47,831 nucleotides of DNA from Candidatus Sumerlaeaceae bacterium (GCA_051003195.1 JBPCLP010000056.1:1-47831), one strand, 5' to 3'; shown: positions 27,501 to 38,258, counted from the first letter of the stretch. The notes: a model not told the origin generated them from the letters alone. Translations and numbers: made by a program.

Positions 27501-30500
27501 ATGCTGTTGAAATCTCGCCGCGAATTTACGCTCTGTTTCTTCCTGTTCTGGCCGTTGGGCATGGCGGGCTACACTGCAGAAACCCTCAATGAGGGTTCCG
27601 GCGCTGTAGAGGGAAACATTACATCGAAAGTGGTGCGCAACCTGGCCTCGCAGCCGGGAGCGAAACCGCATGCCGCTACTGCTCCGGAAAGGGGCGGGCA
27701 AGCTGCGCCTGTCTCTGCCTCGGGCGGATTGTCAGGCGCTGAACGTGTCTCACGCCTACTGGTCGACGGCCGCAAGGCTTACCGTGATGGTGATCTCCAG
27801 TCGGCGCGCACGCGCTTTCAGCAGGCCCTGAGTTATGATTCGGCCAACTCTGAAGCCAAGAGATACCTGGCCGAAATCGAACGCAACAGTGCTGGGTCGC
27901 AGTTCGCTGCCGATTCTCCTGTCGGTGGCCTGCCGGTTAAGCGCAATACACCCGCGCCCGCATCCTCCGAACAGCCCAATACAGCTGCGTCCTCGAAATC
28001 CGTTAAACAAAACCTGAGCTCGGCTTCCAGCCAGGTGGCTTTGAATGCCTCGGAGTCACTCTCGGGTGATTCGCAGCGCTTTTCAAAGACAATGACGCAG
28101 GCCGATTCTTTTACTGCACCCAAAACGGCTGCCTTAAAAAAGTCTGACAAAGCCAACGCGGCCGACGTCGAAAAGACACCTGTCCAGGTCGCCAGTTTAG
28201 CCAAGGCTTCTGTCGCGGGTAATGCTCTTGAGGCGCCTAAAGTAGCGAGCATTGCGGCCGACGATGCAGATGCGGCGTCGCCCGCTCCCCAAAAGAATAC
28301 CGACTCCAAAGCGCCGGCGCAAAAACCCGAGCCAAAGTCGCCGGTTGTAGAACCGGCTGCTGAACCTAAGACAGCAAAAGTGCTGTCGATCCCGCAGGTC
28401 GCCAGCGGAAAGCACGAAGCAATTAAGCCTGTGGTCGTCGCTAAAATTCCGAATGCGGAAAAGGCAAAGTCCGAAACCCGTCCCTCCGACGACAAGCCAG
28501 CCGAGGACTCGAAGAGCGCGGAAGCAGCGTCTGTGCAAAAGCAGCCCGCCGTTGCTGCCAAGGCCGCTGCAAAGCAAGCGGACGCGGCCAAACAAAGCGA
28601 TGATGACAAAGCAGCACCGGTATCTAAGGATGTTGCAGTCGCCGCAAACGCCACCGGTACAAAGCAAAGCGTTGCTGCCAAACAAAGCGATTTGGAATTG
28701 AACCAGGAACTCGTTACTGCATTCGAGGAGTTGGAGGCAGAATCAGCGCAGCTCGCCTCCACTGCAAAACCGCAGGCCGCACAGCATCCGGCACAACCGA
28801 TGGCCAGCGAGCCTAAGGACTCCCTGACTCAGGCAAAAACAAACACCCAGGCACCGGAAAAGAAGCTGGAAGCCAGTGAGAAGAAGGCTGAGGCATCTAA
28901 GGGGGCGGAACAGAAGCCCGAACCCGCAAAGAGCTCCGTAAAAACGGACACAGTGCCCAAGGAAGTAAAAACAGCCGTTCCCCTGGCAACTGAGAAGCCA
29001 GCTTCTGCTAAGGACGAAACAGCTGCCACCGCCAAAGACGAGAAGTCAGACGTTGTTAAAACGGAAAAGAATACTGCGGCTGCGCAGAAAGCTTCCTCCG
29101 AGAAAACAGAATCTGCCAAGGTGCCTGAAGCCCCGGCGGTTGAGAAGAAAACCTCGATCGGGTCTGCGAACTTGCTGAAGAAGGCCGAGGCTCGGAAAAC
29201 TTCAGCTGAAGCCGGCGCTGCTATAAAGCTCTATAATGAAGGCAAATACGACGAGGCCGCCAGCCGCCTGAAGGCACTGCTGGCAAATGACCCCGCCGAC
29301 GCTGAAGCCAAGGACTACCTGCAGCGAGCGGAAAAGAAACTGGCCAATGCGCAGCCTAAAGAAGCAAAGCCTGCCGCTGCAGCAGAGGCTGCTCCCAAAC
29401 CTGTAAGCGCGAATCCGCCACTGCTCGATCTCGCCAAACTCAAAGAAGCTGCGGCTGCGGTTGCCAAGGCCGCCGAAGCGCCCAAAGACGAGCCCAGGCA
29501 GATTGCTCAGGCTCCGGTTGAACTCAAACCGCTGGGCGAAGCGCTATCTACGGATTCAAGCAAGCCTGCTACCAGCACCGCTCCCGACAAGAACGCCGCT
29601 ACGGAATCGAAAAAGAGCGATTCGAAGCCGGCCGACAGTTCAAGCAAACCAGCGGACAGTTCCGCTAAGCCTGCGGCATCAGCCGCGACGCCTTCCGCCA
29701 CGGATCCTATTGTGGAAGCCGACAAGCTGACGCGCCAGGCTCAACGCGAAATGCAGGAAGGCAAACGCGATGCAGCGTTGTCAACCGCGCGCCAGGCAGC
29801 TGCCCTGGATGCGAATAACGTCGAGGCGAAGGCGCTGGTCGGGGACTTGTCGGGCACCTCGCCTGCCGGCTCTCAAGCCAAGTCGTTGCCGTCGTTGCAG
29901 TCTCTTACTGCACCAGTGCCGGCATCGCCGGCCATGGCTACTGCCTCCGAGCCTGCACCTGCCGTTGTTGGACCTGTCGGAATCGATGCTCTACTCATCG
30001 AAGGGCGTAACAAATACCAGTCCGGCAAATTGCGTGAGTCATTAACGAGCTTCAAGGCTATCCTGGAAAAGGATCCCACCAACTCAGAAGCGCGCGATTA
30101 TGTAACACGCATTGAAGCCGAACGCGGCACCGGTGACGAAGCTATCGCGTCCGCTGTACCAGACAAAGACGCGCCCAAGCCCGAAAACGGAGTGCGAATC
30201 AGCGCCCAGAAGAAGGCTCAGGATGCCGAGTCCGGTTTCCAACAGGGGTTGGTTGCATACCAGGCAGGCAAGTTGGACGTCGCTGTTCAGCACTGGAATT
30301 ACGCGCTCACACTGGATTCCAGCCATCCGCGTGCGATCCAGTATCTCGAACAGACACGCAGTGAATACGATGCGTGGGTGCAGCAGCACCAGTACAATGC
30401 ACTCGAGTTGCAGAAGGAAGTTGGCGCCACCGAGAAACTCGACACCTCCGTTACCTATGACACGGCCGGGCAGAAAACAATTGTCGAGTTCCTCAGCGCG

Positions 30501-32897
30501 ATGTCACTTATCACCGACATCAGCTTCTATGTAACGGACGGCGTTGATCCTGAAATCCGTGTAACCGCAAAATTCGAAGATCAGCCACTCCACGATGCAC
30601 TGGACGTAGTGCTGCTTCCTATCGGACTCAAGTGGTCGCGTACCTCCGATGTCGTCACCGTAACGCCCGACCTGCGCACGAAGTTCTTCAACTTAACGCC
30701 AGAACAGGTGGGACGTCTGAAGACGCTGCTGGAGAATAAGACACTTCAGCGGTACCTGTACGGCCCCGAAGGCGTTCCGCCGATGCGGAACGTGGAACTC
30801 ACACTCGACGACCGCGAAAACCTTCTGTCAGTGACGGACTCCCAGGAAAACATCAGCAAGATTGAAGCGTTCGTAAAGGATCTGCAGGCGAACGGGCCTA
30901 CGCAGCTGGTTTATAAAAACTGGAAGATCCGGCCTGAAGAGGGTGCGAAGATCAAGGCACTGGTCGAAGCGATCGTGCGGGTGCAAAGTGATGCGCCATT
31001 TGACCTCGAACGTAAAGTGGTGGTCGATGGTGACGACCTGATCGTCAAAGACATCGCGGACAATGTTGCCAAGATCGAGCAACTCCTGCTGGACAAGAAC
31101 TTCCTTCGCAAACTTGAGACGCAGAAGCTCAGCGTCGCCAGCTACAATCTGACACCGCGTGAACCCCTGAAGGATAACGTCGAACAGGTACGCGATCTTT
31201 CGCAGAGCATTGTCACAGTTATTAAAACGATCCTCTATGCTCAAAGCACCGAGAGTGCCGCCGCCGCAGAAGGCCGCCGGTACTGGTTCGATCCAAACAC
31301 ACTGCAGCTTACAGTGACCGATTATCCTGAGAACCTGCGTGTCGTGGGCGACTACATCCGCTCACTTCCAATGCTGGGGTCTGACAAGCAGAAGAGCGAA
31401 ATCATATTCCTGAAGCACCAGACGGTCAGCGAAATGGTCGACCTTCTGACACGTGTGCTTGGGTTGAGTGGTGAGGTAGATGCGACAGGTGGTGCTACGG
31501 GCGACTCGGTTACCAAGACGTTGCGGGTTGAGGGCGAGCTTACCTTCCGTGATCTCAAAATCCGAATCACGAAGGTAAACGAGAACGATCTTAACAATGA
31601 TAACGACGACTCGGTTGAAATGGTCGTGCGTACTGCAACCAGCAGCGAAGACCGCACGATCGAGGAATTCCGCTCCGACTTCATCGACGAGTATGAGCTG
31701 AACGTAATCGAGGTACGGCCCTCCAGTACTCCTGGTGAAGGCTCGGTTCGGCTTGAGATCCGATACAGTCCTGGCGGTCAGGCCGGTCTCGCCGCTCCAC
31801 CGGCTGTAACACCGCTGGGCGCAGCAGGCGTTGGGGGTGCGGGTACAGTAGTGGGACCTGACGGCCAGCTCATCCAGGTCCCGGGCATAGACGCCGCTGA
31901 AGAAACGACCCTTCAGGTGGAACCGATCGACAACATGAACGCGCTTCTCATTCGATATGAAGATCCGGCAGACCTGTCACAGGTAAAGAGCTGGCTCGAG
32001 CAGTTGGACATTCCGGTGCTGCAGGTGAGCATCGAAACCAAGCTGGTCGAAGTCAACGAAACGCGTGTGAAACAATTCATGCCAAAGTTCAACATACTGA
32101 ACCTTGGCCGGGGCGGGTTCGACATGGGCAACAATTTCAACAGCGTGAACGGGTTGCAGGAATTTGGTTCGATCCAGAATTTCACTCCCGACGATCCTAA
32201 TTTGCCGATGGCATGGAACGCCCAGAACACCGACTTGTTAAATCCGGTGTCCGTCTTTAACATTATCACGGGCGGCGATACCCCACTGAACTTCACTCTC
32301 CGCATGCTTGAAAGCGAAGGCGTGCTGAACATGGTGAATGGCCCGCACATTACGGTGGAAAACGGTGAGTCTGCGAGTTTTGAAATTGAACTCACGGCCC
32401 CAGGTCTCGCGCGTGCATCTATTGATACGACGCAACAGCAAACCGGCGGCGCCGCCCAGGCAGGTGCGTTGCAGCAGGTACAGCTTGAGGTCACACCACA
32501 GATAACGCAAATTGGCGAAATCCGGCTGGATCTCCAGAACCTGGAACTGAACGATCGCGGGCATCACCTCGCTGAAACCGTCACCATACATGAGGACTTG
32601 AGCGGCGACGGTGCGGCCCAGACGCCTGAACCAGTATACTGGGCCCGTGCATATGCGCCGGGCAGTACACTGTTCGACAACCGTCGGCGCGCCTTGCAGA
32701 CAGTCGCACGCGTCCAGAATCACGGGACGATTGTGTTAGGCGGGTGGACTGGCGAGCATTCACTGACCAGGGATGCGGGCATTCCAATCCTTCGAAACCT
32801 TCCGTATGTCGGAAAGCTGTTGTTCGGCCAGACTGCGGACGAGATCGAAAAGACCAACCTGCTGATCTTCCTGACCTGTCATCTGATTGAACCCTGA
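27501..32897 (+). CDS. Giant secretin (PilQ/GspD-like) with TPR clusters and long low-complexity linker
   Basis: STN/N0-like segment, N-domain repeats (..N.L.V.D..ENI.KI..), QVSIETKLVEV, LEVTPQI, TIVLGG, GIPILRNLPYVGKLLF..TNLLIFLT. Confidence 0.92.
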   Translation: MLLKSRREFTLCFFLFWPLGMAGYTAETLNEGSGAVEGNITSKVVRNLASQPGAKPHAATAPERGGQAAPVSASGGLSGAERVSRLLVDGRKAYRDGDLQSARTRFQQALSYDSANSEAKRYLAEIERNSAGSQFAADSPVGGLPVKRNTPAPASSEQPNTAASSKSVKQNLSSASSQVALNASESLSGDSQRFSKTMTQADSFTAPKTAALKKSDKANAADVEKTPVQVASLAKASVAGNALEAPKVASIAADDADAASPAPQKNTDSKAPAQKPEPKSPVVEPAAEPKTAKVLSIPQVASGKHEAIKPVVVAKIPNAEKAKSETRPSDDKPAEDSKSAEAASVQKQPAVAAKAAAKQADAAKQSDDDKAAPVSKDVAVAANATGTKQSVAAKQSDLELNQELVTAFEELEAESAQLASTAKPQAAQHPAQPMASEPKDSLTQAKTNTQAPEKKLEASEKKAEASKGAEQKPEPAKSSVKTDTVPKEVKTAVPLATEKPASAKDETAATAKDEKSDVVKTEKNTAAAQKASSEKTESAKVPEAPAVEKKTSIGSANLLKKAEARKTSAEAGAAIKLYNEGKYDEAASRLKALLANDPADAEAKDYLQRAEKKLANAQPKEAKPAAAAEAAPKPVSANPPLLDLAKLKEAAAAVAKAAEAPKDEPRQIAQAPVELKPLGEALSTDSSKPATSTAPDKNAATESKKSDSKPADSSSKPADSSAKPAASAATPSATDPIVEADKLTRQAQREMQEGKRDAALSTARQAAALDANNVEAKALVGDLSGTSPAGSQAKSLPSLQSLTAPVPASPAMATASEPAPAVVGPVGIDALLIEGRNKYQSGKLRESLTSFKAILEKDPTNSEARDYVTRIEAERGTGDEAIASAVPDKDAPKPENGVRISAQKKAQDAESGFQQGLVAYQAGKLDVAVQHWNYALTLDSSHPRAIQYLEQTRSEYDAWVQQHQYNALELQKEVGATEKLDTSVTYDTAGQKTIVEFLSAMSLITDISFYVTDGVDPEIRVTAKFEDQPLHDALDVVLLPIGLKWSRTSDVVTVTPDLRTKFFNLTPEQVGRLKTLLENKTLQRYLYGPEGVPPMRNVELTLDDRENLLSVTDSQENISKIEAFVKDLQANGPTQLVYKNWKIRPEEGAKIKALVEAIVRVQSDAPFDLERKVVVDGDDLIVKDIADNVAKIEQLLLDKNFLRKLETQKLSVASYNLTPREPLKDNVEQVRDLSQSIVTVIKTILYAQSTESAAAAEGRRYWFDPNTLQLTVTDYPENLRVVGDYIRSLPMLGSDKQKSEIIFLKHQTVSEMVDLLTRVLGLSGEVDATGGATGDSVTKTLRVEGELTFRDLKIRITKVNENDLNNDNDDSVEMVVRTATSSEDRTIEEFRSDFIDEYELNVIEVRPSSTPGEGSVRLEIRYSPGGQAGLAAPPAVTPLGAAGVGGAGTVVGPDGQLIQVPGIDAAEETTLQVEPIDNMNALLIRYEDPADLSQVKSWLEQLDIPVLQVSIETKLVEVNETRVKQFMPKFNILNLGRGGFDMGNNFNSVNGLQEFGSIQNFTPDDPNLPMAWNAQNTDLLNPVSVFNIITGGDTPLNFTLRMLESEGVLNMVNGPHITVENGESASFEIELTAPGLARASIDTTQQQTGGAAQAGALQQVQLEVTPQITQIGEIRLDLQNLELNDRGHHLAETVTIHEDLSGDGAAQTPEPVYWARAYAPGSTLFDNRRRALQTVARVQNHGTIVLGGWTGEHSLTRDAGIPILRNLPYVGKLLFGQTADEIEKTNLLIFLTCHLIEP

Positions 32898-32920
32898 ACC
32901 CCGCACCAGTTTTTAATGCA

Positions 32921-32953
32921 GGCGGCGCCGCACTGGCGCCGCCGCTTTTGTTT
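32921..32953 (+). terminator. Rho-independent terminator between convergent secretin and polX
   Basis: ggcggcgcc-gcact-ggcgccgcc stem-loop followed by gcttttgttt. Confidence 0.75.
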
Positions 32954-34785
32954 CAGGCTTCGAGCTTACGCTTGCGCAGGGCGCCCGCTTCTTTCAACAG
33001 TTCCTTCAGGGGCAGGCAGTTCAAAACATCCGATGACTCCAGCCAGCCTTTGCGAGCCATGGCTATACCGTAGCGAATGTAGCTAAATGCTTCGGCGTCG
33101 TGCGCGTCCGGGTTAATGGCAAACCTCACCCCCAGTTCCTTTGCGCGCCGGCAGTAGCGCCAGTCAAGGTCGAGCCGGTGCGGATCCGCGTTGATCTCAA
33201 TGATCGTGCCGGTCTCCCCTGCGCGGCGCAGCACCGCTTCTATATCGAAATCGTAGGGATCGCGCGAGAGTAGCAGGCGTCCGCTCAAGTGCCCGAGTAT
33301 CGTGGTGTACGGGTTCTCGACGGCTGCGAGCAAGCGGCTCGTCATCTCGGCTCGTGTCTGCTTAAACCTGCTGTGCACGGATGCCACGACGAGATCCATA
33401 GGCGCGAGGTATTCATCGGGATAATCCAGCCGCCCGTCAGCGAGAATGTCGCACTCGCAGCTCTTCAGCACCCGAAAATTCTTTCGCCCCAGTTTCGCGT
33501 TTACCTCGTCGATCTCTGCGTGTTGCGCCGCTAGGTCCTGCCGTTTTACACCACCTGCATAAGACGCCAACTCGCTATGGTCACATACGGCAAAGTACTC
33601 GAAACCCCATTCGTCGCGTGCAGCGAGCGCCATATCATGAATGGAATCGCTGCCGTCACTCCAGTCAGTGTGGCAGTGGATGACGCCTTTGTAGTCCTCC
33701 AGCGTGATAAGGCGAGGTAGCTTGTGTGCTACCGCCAGCGCAATCTCCCCCTGTCCTTCACGCATTTCAGGAGCGATGTAGTCCATACCAAGTTCCCGAT
33801 ATAAATCCGCTTCCTCAGATATCGGGATGCGCTCACCAGTAGCAGTTGCTCCATCTTCTTCCGGCTGCGTCACGCGCGCCCTGCCTTTTCGGGCTGCCGT
33901 GCTTCGCCCTTTGCTCTCGGCGCGGAATAGTCCGTACTCATTCACAAGTAGATTCCTGGTCTTTGCCAGCGCACGAAGCTCGGCATTGTGTTCTTTGCTG
34001 CCGGTGAAGTGATGCAGCGCTGCCGCGAACTCCTCATCGGTAACGATGCGCAAATCCGCCTGGATACCGCGGTCCAGGCGTACGCTTGTCTTGGTGTTTC
34101 CCTGCGCAATAACCTCCATGACAAATGGCAATTCCGCAAAACATGCAGCGACTTCTTCTGGCTGATTCGAGCTGGCGACGAAATCCAGGTCCGCTACGAT
34201 TTCGTTCCAGCGCCGAACGCTTCCCGCTATTTCCGCTCGAATCACCGCCGGGCAGGCACGCAAACTCTTCAGCAAAAGTGGTGCGATTCGCAACGCGTGG
34301 TGCAAAATAAGCTGTCCGGAGAAGCGCTGCATCTTTCCCAGGCTTGCCAGCACGAATTCACCGCTCGTCTTCCCAAACCCAGGAAGTGCCTCGATTTTGC
34401 CTTCGCGAGCTACCCGCTCAAGGTCCTCCACCGTGTTAACACCCAGGCGCTCGTGCAGCAACTTAATCTTTTTGAGACCAAGCTTCGGCACCTGCAACAA
34501 CTGCTGAATTCCAGTGGGAGCGTCCTGCGACAGTTCGTCGTAGTACATTGTGGTACCGGTGGTGGCGAATTCCCGCAGCAGTTCGGCGATTGCCTTGCCG
34601 ATTCCACGTACCTGTTCCAGGCGCTTGGGCTCGATGAGCTCCTCGAAAGTAGCGGGCGCCGCCGCCAGCGCGCGAGCTGCGTTCTCGTAGGCGCGCACCT
34701 TAAACGTGTTTTCGCCACGGTACTCCAGCAGAGCTGCAACACTCCGGAGGAGTTCAATAGCGGCAGGTTTCGGCGGAACAGGCAT
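32953..34785 (-). CDS. polX: DNA polymerase X / PHP 3'-5' exonuclease
   Basis: GENTFKVRAY, HhH motifs, GSVRR..DLD, QADLR, HFTGSKEHN; PHP motifs HCH, DHS, VHS, DAH. Confidence 0.95.
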   Translation of the reverse strand: MPVPPKPAAIELLRSVAALLEYRGENTFKVRAYENAARALAAAPATFEELIEPKRLEQVRGIGKAIAELLREFATTGTTMYYDELSQDAPTGIQQLLQVPKLGLKKIKLLHERLGVNTVEDLERVAREGKIEALPGFGKTSGEFVLASLGKMQRFSGQLILHHALRIAPLLLKSLRACPAVIRAEIAGSVRRWNEIVADLDFVASSNQPEEVAACFAELPFVMEVIAQGNTKTSVRLDRGIQADLRIVTDEEFAAALHHFTGSKEHNAELRALAKTRNLLVNEYGLFRAESKGRSTAARKGRARVTQPEEDGATATGERIPISEEADLYRELGMDYIAPEMREGQGEIALAVAHKLPRLITLEDYKGVIHCHTDWSDGSDSIHDMALAARDEWGFEYFAVCDHSELASYAGGVKRQDLAAQHAEIDEVNAKLGRKNFRVLKSCECDILADGRLDYPDEYLAPMDLVVASVHSRFKQTRAEMTSRLLAAVENPYTTILGHLSGRLLLSRDPYDFDIEAVLRRAGETGTIIEINADPHRLDLDWRYCRRAKELGVRFAINPDAHDAEAFSYIRYGIAMARKGWLESSDVLNCLPLKELLKEAGALRKRKLEA

Positions 34786-34787
34786 GC

Positions 34788-34817
34788 GCAGACGTGTGGG
34801 CAGACGTGTGGGCAGAC
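34788..34817. repeat. 12-bp tandem repeat (gcagacgtgtgg x2.5) just upstream of the polX ATG
   Basis: Read directly from the sequence. Confidence 0.85.
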
Positions 34818-34917
34818 CTCTACTTCAGCTCAATTACAAAGTTTCAGCAATTAGCAACCGGGAAGCCCGGCAAAACGCGTGCGCAGCTCCCTGATGTTTA
34901 ACGCACGTGCTCGATAT

Positions 34918-36252
34918 TCACTGCGGCTTTGGATAGAGCAGGTACTTTGCGCGCAGCGTCTTGAACTGTGCCACCTGCCGGTCCACGATTTTCAGGGTTT
35001 CCTGCAGGTTCTTCCGTTCCTGGATACGCGCGCACACCCACGAGCTTGCCGGTCCGCGTACCGACCACAGTTTGTAAATTCCGGTCGTCGCTGGATCGCC
35101 CTTTCCGAATTTGTCGTACATGTAGTCCATAACCAGCAGGCCAAGCACGTACGGCCGAAATTGCTTTCGGTCTGTAATATTCATGCGTGCGCCCCTGCAC
35201 AGTTTGTTTTCCCCCGCGTGGGCTTTTGCCAATCGGCCTGTGGGGGTGAATTCTACCGGTTCCAGTTCCAGGCCCGTCAGCAATCCGCCGGATGTCAGGG
35301 TATCGATCAGCTCCTTTGAATTCCTGATCATTGGGCTGCCAAAAATGTGGAAGGGCTCGGTGGTGCCACGCCCCATCGATACCGCCGCTTCCGTGATCGC
35401 AATGCCCGGGTAAACCAGCGCGGCTTCCAGATCCTGTATGTTCGGAGACGGGTTGATCCAACGCAGCCCGGTCTCGTCGAGATACATTTCGCGTGTCCAG
35501 TTTTCCACCGGGACGATGGTGAGCTTGCAGTTGATCTTGTTCTCGACGTTAAACATTCCCGCCAGCTCACCCATCGTCATTCCGTGTGCGATCGGCATGG
35601 GAAAGTAGCTGGTGATTCCCCCGATGGTATCCGGATCCTGCTGTGGTCCATCCACATAGTTCCCGCCGATGGGATTCGGGCGGTCCAACACAATAGCCTC
35701 GATGCCGCTTTCGGCACAGCTCTCCAGCATCTTGCCCATATAGCTGATGTACGTGTAGTAACGTGCGCCAATGTCCTGCATGTCGATGACGACTGCGTCC
35801 AAACCCTTCAGGTCTGCCGGATCGGGACGGAAAGGTTTCGCGGCCTTCGACCGTTTCGAGGAGTAGAGGCTGTGAACCATGAGCCCTGTCCTCGTGTCCT
35901 GGAAATCTGCGACGTGCGTGTCGAGATCACCGTAAAGTCCATGCTCGGGGGAAAACAGTGTCACCAGTTCAAAAGCGGGATTCTTGAACATCAGGTCGAG
36001 AATGTGGTTTCCCTCGCGGTCGATGGCAGAAACGTTTGTCAGTAGTGCGATCCGTTTGCCGCGCAATTGCTTGAACCCGTCACGCTTCAATGCATCGAGG
36101 CCTGTGAGCACCGGCCCACTACCCAGTGGACGCGAGTCGACCTTCACGAGCGGTTTCTGAATCGCCGTCCCGGACTGGGTGTTTTGCGGCTGCGCCCAAA
36201 GCGACGTCAAAAAACCTGTTAGCACTGCCATCCATAAAATACGCCTGTGCAC
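34918..36252 (-). CDS. namZ: Exo-beta-N-acetylmuramidase NamZ (DUF1343) family, exported
   Basis: FSPEHG, DMQDIGARYYTY, VLDRPNP, HGMTMGELA, WINPSPN, GRGT; probable GTG start 36252 after GGAG, with signal peptide. Confidence 0.9.
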   Translation of the reverse strand: MHRRILWMAVLTGFLTSLWAQPQNTQSGTAIQKPLVKVDSRPLGSGPVLTGLDALKRDGFKQLRGKRIALLTNVSAIDREGNHILDLMFKNPAFELVTLFSPEHGLYGDLDTHVADFQDTRTGLMVHSLYSSKRSKAAKPFRPDPADLKGLDAVVIDMQDIGARYYTYISYMGKMLESCAESGIEAIVLDRPNPIGGNYVDGPQQDPDTIGGITSYFPMPIAHGMTMGELAGMFNVENKINCKLTIVPVENWTREMYLDETGLRWINPSPNIQDLEAALVYPGIAITEAAVSMGRGTTEPFHIFGSPMIRNSKELIDTLTSGGLLTGLELEPVEFTPTGRLAKAHAGENKLCRGARMNITDRKQFRPYVLGLLVMDYMYDKFGKGDPATTGIYKLWSVRGPASSWVCARIQERKNLQETLKIVDRQVAQFKTLRAKYLLYPKPQ

Positions 36253-36413
36253 GATTCTAATCTCCCGAGATGCAGTTGTGCACCATTGAAGCCCGACTGC
36301 TGCTGGTTTCATGCAAGCAAAATAAATGGGCAGGCGCATGACTTTAGCCCGTGACCCGTCCGAATGACAATTCCGTTTGAACATCAAGAGTTAGCCTCAG
36401 CATCCTCCTGGAT

Positions 36414-37523
36414 ATGAGTGCTGAAATGCTGCCAGATGCTGAAGTTCGCCCGCCGGACTATGAGTATGAGCAATACCTTGCCGACGAAAAAGATCCCGTG
36501 CTCATGGTGCGGCATCTCTCGAAGTTCTTTCCGATTCGAAAGGGCTTTTTCGGGCGCCAAACGGGTGCCGTTCGAGCAGTGGATGACGTCTCGTTTTTCC
36601 TCCGGCCACAGGAGACGCTGGGACTGGTAGGCGAGTCTGGCTGCGGCAAAACAACGACAGGCCGACTGATTCTACAGCTCATTCGCCCGAGCACGGGCAC
36701 CGTCGGTCTGCTCGGGTCGCCCGACCTTTGCCAGCTCTCTAACAGGGAGTTGCTGCCGTATCGACGCAAGATGCAGATGATTTTCCAGGACCCATACAGC
36801 TCGCTTAATCCGCGAATGACTGTCGGTTCGATCATCGGCGAAGCTCTCACGATTCACAAGCTTGCGGCCGGACGAAAAAAAGTCGAGCGCATCCAGGAAC
36901 TTCTTCGCGAAGTTGGGTTAAATCCTTCGGCTATTAAGCGGTTTCCGCATGAGTTTTCAGGCGGTCAACGACAGCGCATCGGTATCGCACGCGCGCTCGC
37001 GGTTGAACCCCGCGTTATTATCGCTGACGAACCCGTCTCGGCTCTCGACGTGTCCATTCAGAGCCAGGTCATTAATCTGCTCGAGCGCCTGCAACAACAG
37101 CATGGCCTGTCGTTTGTATTCATCGCGCACGATCTCTCCGTCGTCGGCCATATCAGCCACCGGGTTGCCGTCATGTACCTGGGACGCATTGTGGAGATTG
37201 GCCCGAAGCTCAACCTGTTCGAGACGCCAAAACATCCATACACCCAGGCATTGCTTGCGGCGGTGCCGAAGCCGGATCCAACCAGGAGAGGCACGCGCGC
37301 GGTGTTGCAGGGCGATGTCCCGTCACCCGCGAATCCGCCGAGCGGATGTGTGTTTCATACCCGTTGCCCTTATCGATTTGAGCCATGCGACAAGGTGATC
37401 CCCCGCCTGAAAAAGCAAAGCTCCGAGCATTTCGTGGCCTGCCATTTATATGATCCGGAATTTAACGCGACGGCGCCCACAAAAGAGGCCGAACTGGTAC
37501 AGAAGGGCGAGGTCACATCGTAG
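36414..37523 (+). CDS. oppF: Oligopeptide/dipeptide ABC transporter ATP-binding protein (OppF/DppF type)
   Basis: GESGCGKT, FQDPYSSLNPR, FSGGQRQR, ADEP, HPYT, GCVFHTRC...ACH. Confidence 0.9.
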   Translation: MSAEMLPDAEVRPPDYEYEQYLADEKDPVLMVRHLSKFFPIRKGFFGRQTGAVRAVDDVSFFLRPQETLGLVGESGCGKTTTGRLILQLIRPSTGTVGLLGSPDLCQLSNRELLPYRRKMQMIFQDPYSSLNPRMTVGSIIGEALTIHKLAAGRKKVERIQELLREVGLNPSAIKRFPHEFSGGQRQRIGIARALAVEPRVIIADEPVSALDVSIQSQVINLLERLQQQHGLSFVFIAHDLSVVGHISHRVAVMYLGRIVEIGPKLNLFETPKHPYTQALLAAVPKPDPTRRGTRAVLQGDVPSPANPPSGCVFHTRCPYRFEPCDKVIPRLKKQSSEHFVACHLYDPEFNATAPTKEAELVQKGEVTS

Positions 37524-37631
37524 CGAAGTTCACCCAGGAAGCGGCCGCTGGGCGACTTGGATCAAAGCATGCCGCAATACTTGTAAGTCGTTTCTCATAT
37601 CTTCAATACGGATGATTCGAGGCATTACGAG

Positions 37632-38258
37632 ATGAATGGATTGCAGGGTATTATACTGGCAGGTGGAATCTCCAGCCGGATGGGTTTTCCGAAGGCGCTC
37701 ATGCCGATCGGCACCAGTGGCTCTTTTTTTCTCATGGCAGTATATCAACTCCTGTACGGTGGCGGCGCCGAAACCGTGCACATTGTGGTAAACGCGGGGC
37801 TTAACACCATGCTGCAACCGCAGATGGAAAAATTCCCTCACGCGAAGTTTCATCCCAACGTCGATCCGAACATGGGTCAGATTCGCTCGTTACAGATTGG
37901 GCTTAAGGAGGCAGCTGCCGCCGGTGCTTCTGCGGCGATTGTCGCGCTCGTTGATCAGCCGAATGTGCTGCCGTCGACGCTGCAAACGCTCATTGATAAC
38001 GCTGAACAGTTTTCCGGAAAAATCATCGTCCCGCGCAGTGAGGGTCATCGCGGTCATCCATTTATTCTTCCGGCAGATTTCTTCGCCACCTTTATCGGCG
38101 CGCCCGATCATGCCACCGCCAAGGACCTTCTCGACCAGCTGGCCGCCCATGTCATCCCCGTGGATGTCGAAGACCCGGCGGTTATCCACGACATCGATTC
38201 ACCGGCGGACATGACAAAAGCGGCGCCCGCCAACGACGATGAGGACGAGGTCGATTAA
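37632..38258 (+). CDS. MocA/MobA-like nucleotidyltransferase
   Basis: ILAGGISSRMGFPKAL, DQP, GHP, DIDSPAD. Confidence 0.85.
   Translation: MNGLQGIILAGGISSRMGFPKALMPIGTSGSFFLMAVYQLLYGGGAETVHIVVNAGLNTMLQPQMEKFPHAKFHPNVDPNMGQIRSLQIGLKEAAAAGASAAIVALVDQPNVLPSTLQTLIDNAEQFSGKIIVPRSEGHRGHPFILPADFFATFIGAPDHATAKDLLDQLAAHVIPVDVEDPAVIHDIDSPADMTKAAPANDDEDEVD

Noticed and set aside
27833..28762. 309-aa hydrophobic minus-strand ORF
   Set aside because: Antisense of the Ala/Lys-rich secretin linker
32953..34785. Catalytically altered PolX
   Set aside because: DLD plus the third Asp (QADLR) and the PHP metal ligands are present
36414..37523. Lone OppF as a novel system
   Set aside because: Split ABC operons are common; partners are probably elsewhere
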